Below, piece by piece: positions 42,684-50,868 of a stretch of 64,000 nucleotides of DNA (its first letter is position 1; every line of letters starts with the position of its first letter). The stretch lies in sequence record PZ496581.1; one strand, 5' to 3'. This DNA comes from a phage. The notes below the pieces were generated by a model, which did no database searches, was not told the DNA's origin, and saw only the letters and a list, made by a program, of their open reading frames with translations. The translations under genes were made by a program, and so were the position numbers.

Positions 42684-43784
42684 TTACGCTGTGAAGATTT
42701 TATCCCACATCGCAACAACTGCATCTCGGTTATACTTCTTCCATACTGCTTCAGCACGTTTAACTCGAGCTTCGTATGTGTCAGTGAATTCTAATACAGC
42801 TTTTGTGTAAAGCGCAACTACTTCTTTCTTAGGAGTAGAGGAATCAATTTCTACACGCACAGTATCTGGGTCATATTCGAATGTCGCGTGCGGATAATCC
42901 TTAAAAACTAACTGGATTACAGGGACACCTTTAGAGATGGCTTCAATAGAACTATTCTCTACCGTACCTGTGTCAGGACATGTATTAATAAGTGCTTTAG
43001 CTGTTTTAAGACGTTCCATGATTTCACTGTGTGGAGCATCAATAATAACAGGATATTTAGCTGGTGGTGCCCATTTGCTTGGACAATAACCAATACCATT
43101 TTCGCCTAGTGCTTTAATTGCTTCAAGAGCAACATCAGTGCGACGCATTTTAGTGTCATAACGTTGAGCACTAATAATCAAATCAGTTGCTGGGAGAACT
43201 TCTGGCTTTTCAGTCAAACAAATAACCGGATAATCTTCGGCTTCAAACAACGGATTTGCTCGCCAATAATCATAATCAATTTTGTCAGTCAGACCTGAAG
43301 TCATATAACAATATTTGCGTTCAAATTCACGGAAGGCTTTAGTAGGAGCATAACTCTTACCACCATTCTTATGAATTTGAATAGTCTGGTCCCAAATTTG
43401 AACAATGCCACGAGATACCGGTTCAAATGGTGTTGCCATAAAATTCTTATGAACTTTAGAGAGACCTGCGTCTTTAATTGCCTGAACGGTTAGTTTAGTC
43501 GGTTCCATAGTAACAACAAAATCGTATTCATGGATGCCGGCTAGTTCAACAATCTTACGAGCCATAGTATAACTCATACCTAGACTGAATTTAGTCAGAT
43601 GACCAACAGGATGGTGTGTAACTTTCCAGTCACCAAACGTGTCATTATCAAAGCCGATATAATCAATATCAGCACCGATGGACACAAGATATTTCAACAC
43701 ATTTAAATGTACTGCTTCAAGACCACCTTGTACACGGTCAGGATTAAATGGGACTGCACGAGATGGGATAAACATAACTTTCAT
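42684..43784 (-). CDS. Putative GT-B-fold glycosyltransferase (366 aa)
   Basis: N-terminus MKVMFIPSRAVPFNPDRVQGGLEAVHLNVLKYL and C-terminal E..A.....PVI block typical of GT-B retaining glycosyltransferases; between 39 and rIIA.1, where T4 has none. Confidence 0.55.
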   Translation of the reverse strand: MKVMFIPSRAVPFNPDRVQGGLEAVHLNVLKYLVSIGADIDYIGFDNDTFGDWKVTHHPVGHLTKFSLGMSYTMARKIVELAGIHEYDFVVTMEPTKLTVQAIKDAGLSKVHKNFMATPFEPVSRGIVQIWDQTIQIHKNGGKSYAPTKAFREFERKYCYMTSGLTDKIDYDYWRANPLFEAEDYPVICLTEKPEVLPATDLIISAQRYDTKMRRTDVALEAIKALGENGIGYCPSKWAPPAKYPVIIDAPHSEIMERLKTAKALINTCPDTGTVENSSIEAISKGVPVIQLVFKDYPHATFEYDPDTVRVEIDSSTPKKEVVALYTKAVLEFTDTYEARVKRAEAVWKKYNRDAVVAMWDKIFTA

Positions 43785-43811
43785 AATTAAGCCTTATTAA
43801 AATTAAAATGA

Positions 43812-43827
43812 AGCTCCCGAAGGAGCT
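43812..43827 (-). terminator. UUCG-tetraloop hairpin at the 3' end of gene 39
   Basis: agctcc-cgaa-ggagct. Confidence 0.35.
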
Positions 43828-45644
43828 TAGGACATCCATTCTTTACGAAGTTCTGAATCATCACCCATCAACATTTCAAAGAGTTCTTTCCAATTTTCAG
43901 GAAGTTTAACTACGTCGTACACAGGGTTCTGAATCATTTCACGATATTCTGACTTTTCAAGGGAGCCTAATCCCTTGATGTATCGAATACTATGCTTAGG
44001 CAGTGTATCTTTAACTTCTTCATACTCAGCTACAGTATAAAACCATTTTTGAGTTTTGCCAATTTGTGCAATAATTACAGGCGTTTTAACAAAGCGAATA
44101 CGTCCTTGTTCAAACAATTCAGGCCAATTACTAAAGAAAGCAAGCAAAGCCGGATAGATACTTCCAAGACCGTCGTGATCTGCATCAGTCATAATTGCAA
44201 TATTACGATAGTTCGTATTCTCTGCCTTTTCACCAAGAATAAGACCTGTGATAGCACAGATATCAAAGAGCTCTTTGTTCTTCATCATATCAGCATATGA
44301 CATACCCCAGCTATTCATCACCTTACCACGTAATGGGAATCCGCCGTGTAGTTCACGGTCACGAACATCAATGAGATAACCAATTGCCGAATCACCTTCT
44401 GTTAAAAACAATGTCGTATCTGCATCTTTACCACATTGGTTAGCTTTAATATGCTTATGAACCTTAGCTTTAGTCGCCTTTTTAGCTGCTTTAGTTTCTG
44501 CAGCCTTTTCTGCTGCCAATTTACGAGCTAATGCTGCTTCAACAATAGGCATAATCAAGGCTTCGTTTTTAAGAAGTGCCTGAGCAATTTTCTTAGCATC
44601 TAATTGGATATGATTACGAATATCACCATACGTTGACGTTAAACGTTCTTTAGTCTGAGAATCAAAACGCATGTTGCTCATGTCTCTAATAAACATCAAC
44701 ATTGTGAGGCATTCTTTAACACGAGCTTTAGTGACTTCAATACCCTTATATTTCTTTTTAATACCCGGCAAAAGATGTTCACAGATATCATCCATTACAC
44801 ATTCAACATGATGGCCACCATTTTTAGTATGGATGTTATTCACATAAGTTAAATGACGGAAGCCATCTGGTGATGTTGTGAATGCTATAGAGACTTTATC
44901 ATTTTCTTGAATGATGTTATCTTCACCGAATTGTTTAGCAAATCGTTTAAAATTACCATCAACCTTTTTACCATTAAATGTGAACTTGATATCAGGATAA
45001 ACGACTGCCAATGTTTGAAGTCGGTCTAAAGTAATATCTAAATAAATTTGAGATAAATTATGCTCTTCAAATGAAGTGAAATCAGGAGTGAAGATTACTT
45101 TAGTGCCTTTACCTTTAGATTTCTTAGAAGACCATGATTTGTTTTCCATTCCGTTTGAACAGTTAACAGTGATTTCATTTTCGCCATCTGATGTGATGCC
45201 TGTAAACAACGTAGAGAAGATATTAGTTAAACTACTCCCGACGCCGTTCATACCACCAGTCTTGCGTTCAGAGTCATCACCAAAGTTACCACCAGCCTTT
45301 GGAATAGTCCAGGCTGCTACAGGCCCAGGAATTTGTTCACCCGTTTGGTCGGTAACTAAACCTTGAGGAATACCACGTCCGTTATCTTCCACCGAAACTT
45401 GATTATTTTTAATTTGCACATCAATTTTATTTGCAAACTTAAATGATGTACGAATAGCTTCATCAACCGAGTTGTCAATAATCTCATCGATTAATTTAAC
45501 CAGGCCAGGAACATATTCAACTTGTTGATATTTACCAAACAAAAAACGCTCATGTGCTTCTTTAGCCGAAGAACCAATATACATACCACTACGTTTCTTA
45601 ATATGTTCTACATCTGACAATACCTTAATTTCATTTTTAATCAT
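43827..45644 (-). CDS. 39: gp39 DNA topoisomerase II large subunit (GyrB-like ATPase plus TOPRIM), uninterrupted 605 aa
   Basis: GHKL N-terminus with SGMYIG; TOPRIM LFLTEGDSA; one ORF covers both the T4 gene 39 and gene 60 equivalents. Confidence 0.9.
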   Translation of the reverse strand: MIKNEIKVLSDVEHIKKRSGMYIGSSAKEAHERFLFGKYQQVEYVPGLVKLIDEIIDNSVDEAIRTSFKFANKIDVQIKNNQVSVEDNGRGIPQGLVTDQTGEQIPGPVAAWTIPKAGGNFGDDSERKTGGMNGVGSSLTNIFSTLFTGITSDGENEITVNCSNGMENKSWSSKKSKGKGTKVIFTPDFTSFEEHNLSQIYLDITLDRLQTLAVVYPDIKFTFNGKKVDGNFKRFAKQFGEDNIIQENDKVSIAFTTSPDGFRHLTYVNNIHTKNGGHHVECVMDDICEHLLPGIKKKYKGIEVTKARVKECLTMLMFIRDMSNMRFDSQTKERLTSTYGDIRNHIQLDAKKIAQALLKNEALIMPIVEAALARKLAAEKAAETKAAKKATKAKVHKHIKANQCGKDADTTLFLTEGDSAIGYLIDVRDRELHGGFPLRGKVMNSWGMSYADMMKNKELFDICAITGLILGEKAENTNYRNIAIMTDADHDGLGSIYPALLAFFSNWPELFEQGRIRFVKTPVIIAQIGKTQKWFYTVAEYEEVKDTLPKHSIRYIKGLGSLEKSEYREMIQNPVYDVVKLPENWKELFEMLMGDDSELRKEWMS

Positions 45645-45694
45645 GTTGTCTCCTCGTTATGAAGGTATTCTATCATCCAAAATCTAAAGCAAAA

Positions 45695-45708
45695 AGGGCC
45701 TAAGCCCT
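45695..45708 (-). terminator. Hairpin plus U-tract upstream of gene 39
   Basis: agggc-ctaa-gccct followed by UUUUU on the minus RNA. Confidence 0.4.
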
Positions 45709-46134
45709 TATTTAAATTTAATTTTCTGAAGTGCATCAATTGCAGCCAAACGCCCTTGTTCACTTTTAACTGTAATGACCACATCGCCTGATACGATCAC
45801 CGAACCATCAACAAATTCTATAGAGCCCTTTTTTGAAATCGACAGCTGTATCTGGTTCCGGAACTTCTTCAAAGAATTTAAATTCTGCACCATAAAGCAG
45901 AATATCACCTTGCATACTATGAATAGTTCGGCCATAATCGCCTACGGCTTCTACAGCAATCATCGAAACACCGTAACCAATCATCTCTTCCACAATAAAA
46001 TCTTTGGACAATAAAGTAGTATGCAGATTAGTATTAAGACGTTTACCAGTCGTATTAAGAATTCTCAAGAAATTATCTTCCTGTCCTTTGATAATACGAT
46101 ATTTCTTACCAACTTCAAAACCTTTAAAAGCCAT
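45708..46134 (-). pseudogene. Apparent single gene (~143 aa) split into two overlapping ORFs by a frame change at a homopolymer run
   Basis: ORF 45808..46134 ends 8 codons after the A6 run (plus T6 at 45829..45834); ORF 45708..45935 carries the protein-like C-terminus GSIEFVDGSVIVSGDVVITVKSEQGRLAAIDALQKIKFK in the +1 frame. Confidence 0.4.
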
Positions 46135-46136
46135 AA

Positions 46137-46315
46137 TTAACCCTTCTTAAGTAAGTCGTAAAAACCACCGTTCACATGTTTAGGAGCAGAAACCCGACGA
46201 GTAGACAGACGATGACATTCAGGGCAAACATCGTTTTCTCGTTCAGAAATTCTTTTAATTTTTTCATATTCATGACCACAATCTTCAGATTGACATTTAT
46301 AGTCGTATAACGGCA
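46137..46315 (-). pseudogene. FmdB-like zinc-ribbon protein gene with apparent frame break at an A5 run
   Basis: N-terminus [19 protein letters not shown]; reading the run as A6 restores ...VCPECHRLSTRRVSAP...GGFY (second CxxC half); as written the frame runs into a hydrophobic tail. Confidence 0.35.
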
Positions 46316-46747
46316 TTATTGTTCCTTAAAGTGAGCTTTCAACATTTGATACAAAGACCATGCCTGGTCGTTATTTTCGATAGTAATCGTCATCACCGGA
46401 AATTCAGACAATTCGTCAAGTTCACCAGAATCTTGCTCTTTAGACTCTTGATATGGATTTCCAACTTCGTCAAAGAACTCTGCTTCATTCGTGGAGAGCC
46501 AGATAAAGTTTTCATCAAGGATATCACCGCCTGTTGCGTATCCAACCATGCCAGTAGATGTCACAATTTTAGTAGGACGACCAAGATGGTCAACATCTAA
46601 TACTTTAAATGGTTCCATGCCAAGACGTCGTGCATAAATCCCATTATCAGTGTGGTCTTTAATAAACTCTTCTTGGGCACGTTTATCTTTAAATTGGTAC
46701 CATGAGTTAACGCGGAATTTATTAGCCATTAGTAAGTTTCCTTCCAA
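46316..46747 (-). CDS. Hypothetical protein (143 aa)
   Basis: Track ORF. Confidence 0.45.
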   Translation of the reverse strand: MEGNLLMANKFRVNSWYQFKDKRAQEEFIKDHTDNGIYARRLGMEPFKVLDVDHLGRPTKIVTSTGMVGYATGGDILDENFIWLSTNEAEFFDEVGNPYQESKEQDSGELDELSEFPVMTITIENNDQAWSLYQMLKAHFKEQ

Positions 46748-47001
46748 TAAGTTGTACCGTTTTCAGTGATTTCACGGAAGATACCATAGATAGGCATTTC
46801 ATCGCCGAGTTTTTCGTAAACGTAAACCACTTCAGTGTAGCATAAAAATTCGGTCCAGTTTTTCTGTACAACAACTAAATCAGGATTAAACAGAACATCT
46901 TCAAACTCATCGATGTTTGAATCAGTAGTTACGTTTTTAATGATTTGACGTTTCATAATATTCTCCTCTTGTTTTGATAGGTCTATAGTATCATAGACCA
47001 T
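46729..47001 (-). CDS. Hypothetical protein (90 aa)
   Basis: Track ORF; promoter module ~46976..47010 upstream. Confidence 0.45.
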   Translation of the reverse strand: MVYDTIDLSKQEENIMKRQIIKNVTTDSNIDEFEDVLFNPDLVVVQKNWTEFLCYTEVVYVYEKLGDEMPIYGIFREITENGTTYWKETY

Positions 47002-47013
47002 AGTTGTTGTACA

Positions 47014-47538
47014 TCATTTTAGCAAAATAAAATCAACTTGTTCTGCCAATGAACGTCTGAACATTGATTGACAACTTCCGAGTATGAAATCAGGTGCTTC
47101 ATAGACCGCGATGTAGTATCCTTTAGCTTTCAAGAGTTCAACATCCACCTGGTCATCAAACCATGCATAAACCGCGTCAACACTTTCAAATCCAAAATAG
47201 AACCCTTGAGCCCAATCTTCACTCAATTCAAATGTGTGCTCAATTCTATAGTATCTTAAGATATTTTGTTCAAGGAGTTTGTCTTCATTTACTGTAGGAC
47301 GATTAGGGACGTTATAGTTGTCGCCGTGATGGTAGAAATTACCTGAGATTATTCCATGTTTATCAAGGAACTCCCATGTTTCTTCAGAGTTGTCGGTGCC
47401 CGACCAACCGTATGGTGAGCGAGGTTCTTTATTCCAAGAGGTTTCCCAAATTCTGACGGCTTTACCGTCTTCGATAGCAATTCCTGGTAATGATTCACGT
47501 TGAGTACAAAAACTACGTTCTACGCGGTAAACTAACAT
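47014..47538 (-). CDS. Hypothetical protein (174 aa)
   Basis: Track ORF; its ribosome-binding site lies in the 3' arm of the promoter-embedded inverted repeat. Confidence 0.5.
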   Translation of the reverse strand: MLVYRVERSFCTQRESLPGIAIEDGKAVRIWETSWNKEPRSPYGWSGTDNSEETWEFLDKHGIISGNFYHHGDNYNVPNRPTVNEDKLLEQNILRYYRIEHTFELSEDWAQGFYFGFESVDAVYAWFDDQVDVELLKAKGYYIAVYEAPDFILGSCQSMFRRSLAEQVDFILLK

Positions 47539-47564
47539 ATTATTCTCCTCTGGTTGATATGGTT

Positions 47565-47593
47565 ATAATACCAAAACCAGAGGAGAAGTAAAC
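47565..47593 (-). promoter_or_regulatory. T4-type early promoter (-35 GTTTAC, 17 nt, -10 TATTAT) nested in a 9-bp inverted repeat that pairs with the downstream Shine-Dalgarno
   Basis: 5' arm CUCCUCUGG lies in the -35/-10 spacer; 3' arm CCAGAGGAG (47545..47553) contains the GAGGAG ribosome-binding site of 47014..47538. Confidence 0.45.
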
Positions 47594-47597
47594 AACT

Positions 47598-48017
47598 TTA
47601 TGCGAAAGCAGCTGGGCTATATTTTTTAATTTGGAATTCAGGAACTACCATGAACTGTCCAGCGAAAACGATGTTATAAAGCTTAACACCATCTTCTACC
47701 CAACGGTCGCTAATAAATCCAGCGATTTGCTTAGTTTTCCACGGTGTTCCATCAGTTGCCGCAGCAATAGTGAATTCATGGTCTTTTTCAACAGAAACTG
47801 ATCTGCATAGTCCCCATTTGAACGCTTTTTCTTCTGGTTCAATGAATTGGCTTGAGACATAACCAATGTTACCATCAGCGTCACGAACTTTAACTTCGTT
47901 ACGTCCAAAAACCGGATCACTCACAGAAAGAACTTCAACCAACTTCCCGGCAACTTTAGAGCGAGAAGCAACGGATACATATACATAATCACCTGTAGAG
48001 AGATTTACAATATTCAT
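47598..48017 (-). CDS. Hypothetical protein (139 aa), tandem paralogue of 48027..48491
   Basis: Shared blocks SRSKxAGKLVEV, FKWxLC, GFISDxWVEDGxKLYNIVF with its neighbour. Confidence 0.5.
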   Translation of the reverse strand: MNIVNLSTGDYVYVSVASRSKVAGKLVEVLSVSDPVFGRNEVKVRDADGNIGYVSSQFIEPEEKAFKWGLCRSVSVEKDHEFTIAAATDGTPWKTKQIAGFISDRWVEDGVKLYNIVFAGQFMVVPEFQIKKYSPAAFA

Positions 48018-48026
48018 AATAATTCC

Positions 48027-48491
48027 TTAAGCTTTACGAGGAGACACATAGCGAGTGATTTCAGATTCTTTAACAACTCGGAAGTCACCTAAGAATACGA
48101 TATTGTATAACTTTTCACCATCTTCAACCCATTGGTCACTAATGAAGCCACACATAGTATCAGTTTTGCTTGGATAACCGTATTCGTCGATGTAATCAAA
48201 TTCTTTATCGGTTATAAATTCAACGCCTTTGCAAAGGGCCCATTTGAACTGTGTAGTAGGCTCAACGATATCGCTTGAAGCAAAGTGGGCACTTACACGA
48301 GTTTCCAAAAATTTAGGACTTACGTAAGCGTACTGAGTTTCAGTTTTTCCAGAACTAGGAATGATTCGAACTTTAACTTCTTTAATACGGCCCATGCCAT
48401 TAGTACGAAGTCCTACTACTTCAACCAGCTTTCCTGCAGCTTTAGAACGAGACGCTGTCGATACACGTTTAATTTCACCAATATTAATCAT
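48027..48491 (-). CDS. Hypothetical protein (154 aa), tandem paralogue of 47598..48017
   Basis: See paralogue; own promoter module ~48523..48552. Confidence 0.5.
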   Translation of the reverse strand: MINIGEIKRVSTASRSKAAGKLVEVVGLRTNGMGRIKEVKVRIIPSSGKTETQYAYVSPKFLETRVSAHFASSDIVEPTTQFKWALCKGVEFITDKEFDYIDEYGYPSKTDTMCGFISDQWVEDGEKLYNIVFLGDFRVVKESEITRYVSPRKA

Positions 48492-48557
48492 ATTTTTTTC
48501 TCTCTTTGTTTAAGATAGATTCATTATACTCCAACCATCCTTGGTTGTAAACTGGTT

Positions 48558-49235
48558 TTATCGCTGTTTTACACTTAACGGGTCAGGATTCTCAGGGACA
48601 TCTTCAAGGCCAAGCGCATAACGCTGAGCATATTTTAACATCAAAATATCTTTAGCACAATCATGAATACTATCATGGGCAACGAATCCTTTTAGCGTAC
48701 CCATCGGTAATGGACACATACTTAATCCTCGTGTCAAAGAGTAAGCTTCGATTGCCGTACGAATATCACGTTGAGCCCAGAATTTAACAGGTTCTAATTT
48801 ATCAGTATCAATATCTGGTTCAAGAACACCTTCATCACGATAGAGGTCACGAATCAAATCGACCAAGATCGGGAAGTCAAAGCTCATACCACGGCACCAC
48901 ATCTGTGATTTCCATTGGTCAACTTTATTAGCTCGGCAATAGTCTAAAAAGATTTTAATGCCTTCAAGCGTAGTGACATCGTCTTCAGACGGAGCCAAGT
49001 TTTTACGCGCTTCAACCGATTGTTCTTTCCACCATTTCATAGTTGATTTAGCGAAAACTCGCTTCCCTTTCTGAGAAGCTAAATTAAATTTAATTCGCTT
49101 ACCTCGTTGAACAAGTTCTTCAAATGATTCAACAACTTCAGGGTCGGAATTATATGCAATAACCGCAAGGTCAATAACAGCCGCTTTTGATGTATTGCCG
49201 AATGTTTCAAAATCTATAATAACATCAGTGCTCAT
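48558..49235 (-). CDS. dexA: DexA 3'-5' exonuclease (DnaQ-like), 225 aa
   Basis: Exo I motif IIDFETFG; immediately downstream of dda as in T4. Confidence 0.8.
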   Translation of the reverse strand: MSTDVIIDFETFGNTSKAAVIDLAVIAYNSDPEVVESFEELVQRGKRIKFNLASQKGKRVFAKSTMKWWKEQSVEARKNLAPSEDDVTTLEGIKIFLDYCRANKVDQWKSQMWCRGMSFDFPILVDLIRDLYRDEGVLEPDIDTDKLEPVKFWAQRDIRTAIEAYSLTRGLSMCPLPMGTLKGFVAHDSIHDCAKDILMLKYAQRYALGLEDVPENPDPLSVKQR

Positions 49236-49244
49236 AATTTTCTC

Positions 49245-50558
49245 TCAAATAAAATGGACGTCAAACCGACCACGAGTTGTGCCGACGTACAATAACTGTT
49301 TAGCTAATTCTGAATCAGCATAATGGATACACGGTGTATAAACAAAGGCCGTGTCAACAGACATACCCTGGGCCTTATGGAAGGTTGATACTGGTAGTGC
49401 CTTCACCTTAGTGAACATACGTTTAGCATCCCAGAATTCGCTCCATGGAGCTTTACCGCCTTTATTCCAGAATTTGTATGTTTCTGCGGTCTTAGCCAAA
49501 AACAAATTGAATTTATAAAGCTCTTCTTCAGAAGAAATAACCTTTATATCTTCGCGGATATATTCTTCATCATCCCCATATGTTTCTACTGTAAGATTCC
49601 AGTATCGTATCATATATTCGCCTGAAACACCACGTGCTTTAACGAATGTAGACGTTTCTACAGCATCTCGAATACGAACGAATTGCCCGTTATTGAAAAG
49701 CATTTCGGTCATATTTTTACCATCTAGCTTATATGTCTTAGTAAATGGCTCTTGTAGAACAATGACTTCGTCTTTAATAAATGGTTTTTCTGTTTCAAGA
49801 AGTTTTCGGCGAATAATTGAATTTAACTTATCCACCGACTTATTTGTGAATGCCATCATTCGATTTTCGAAAAGGTCTTCAGGAGTTTTAACGACGTTAA
49901 AATAGTTCATCATATACGATTTAAGGTCTGTATATCCATGAACACCGTGCCCATCAACTACTTTATCGTAAATCCATTTGCCATTACGAATATCAGTCGC
50001 AACATCAATAATTGGTGCATTGCTACGTTTAACTTCTGTAAGGTTGCATTGCACGAAGTCTTTGTGAGTGAAGAAAGGACTTAGATACGCAGTTGATTCG
50101 CCTGGGTCTACCGGTCGAATCTGACATCGGTCACCAATTCCAATTACTGTGCACCATTTAGGGATACTAGCTAACATTATTTTAAACAGAGAACGGTCGC
50201 ACATTGACGCTTCATCAAATAACAGTACACGACACAAGGCTAAGTCGGGAACCTTTTTCTGTTCAAACAATACGTTTTCTTCGTATGTAGTTGGGTTGAT
50301 TTTAAGAATGCTATGAATAGTCGATGCTTCTTGACCCGCAAGTTTGCTTAGAACCTTTTTAGCAGCATGTGTAGGGGCTGCTAAAATAATACCTGATTCT
50401 CCAGAAGAAATAAGGGCTTCAACGATGAATCTAGTAAGGGTTGTTTTACCTGTACCAGCGGGCCCATTAATAGTTACATGATGTTTCTTTTCTTTAATAG
50501 CGTTCATAACAACGTTGAAGGCGTTTTTCTGGCCTTCAGTCAAATCATCAAATGTCAT
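49245..50558 (-). CDS. dda: Dda DNA helicase (SF1), 437 aa
   Basis: MTFDDLTEGQKNAFNVVMNAIKEKKHHVTINGPAGTGKTT... near-identical to remembered T4 Dda. Confidence 0.9.
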   Translation of the reverse strand: MTFDDLTEGQKNAFNVVMNAIKEKKHHVTINGPAGTGKTTLTRFIVEALISSGESGIILAAPTHAAKKVLSKLAGQEASTIHSILKINPTTYEENVLFEQKKVPDLALCRVLLFDEASMCDRSLFKIMLASIPKWCTVIGIGDRCQIRPVDPGESTAYLSPFFTHKDFVQCNLTEVKRSNAPIIDVATDIRNGKWIYDKVVDGHGVHGYTDLKSYMMNYFNVVKTPEDLFENRMMAFTNKSVDKLNSIIRRKLLETEKPFIKDEVIVLQEPFTKTYKLDGKNMTEMLFNNGQFVRIRDAVETSTFVKARGVSGEYMIRYWNLTVETYGDDEEYIREDIKVISSEEELYKFNLFLAKTAETYKFWNKGGKAPWSEFWDAKRMFTKVKALPVSTFHKAQGMSVDTAFVYTPCIHYADSELAKQLLYVGTTRGRFDVHFI

Positions 50559-50866
50559 CGTAAAGTCCCTGCAATTGGAATACTAACAATACGGCCTGTG
50601 TCCAGGATTCGTTGATACAATCTTTGCGTCTCCGCATCTAGTTTAATGTGTTTCATTTCAAGCTTATTAAACCAGAACTTACGCGGAGTTTCGACCATTC
50701 TTAGAACTCCCATTTTTAAATCTGTTTTATACTGTGTTTTCAAAGTATCGAAAACTTTATCTGCAATATCCTTTCTAAAAAATACTGCAGGACGATGCTC
50801 ATCAAGTGGAACCGGGACAGTAAATCCTTCCATATCTCGATAAACTATTGCATATACATAAACCAT
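50555..50866 (-). CDS. Hypothetical protein (103 aa)
   Basis: Track ORF; ATGA overlap with dda. Confidence 0.45.
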   Translation of the reverse strand: MVYVYAIVYRDMEGFTVPVPLDEHRPAVFFRKDIADKVFDTLKTQYKTDLKMGVLRMVETPRKFWFNKLEMKHIKLDAETQRLYQRILDTGRIVSIPIAGTLR

Positions 50867-50868
50867 AA

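Noticed and set aside
45825-45840. Programmed ribosomal frameshift at the A6 run
   Set aside because: The required shift is +1, not the -1 typical of X XXY YYZ sites, and no downstream stimulatory structure was seen; a 1-nt indel (mutation or sequencing error) is more parsimonious
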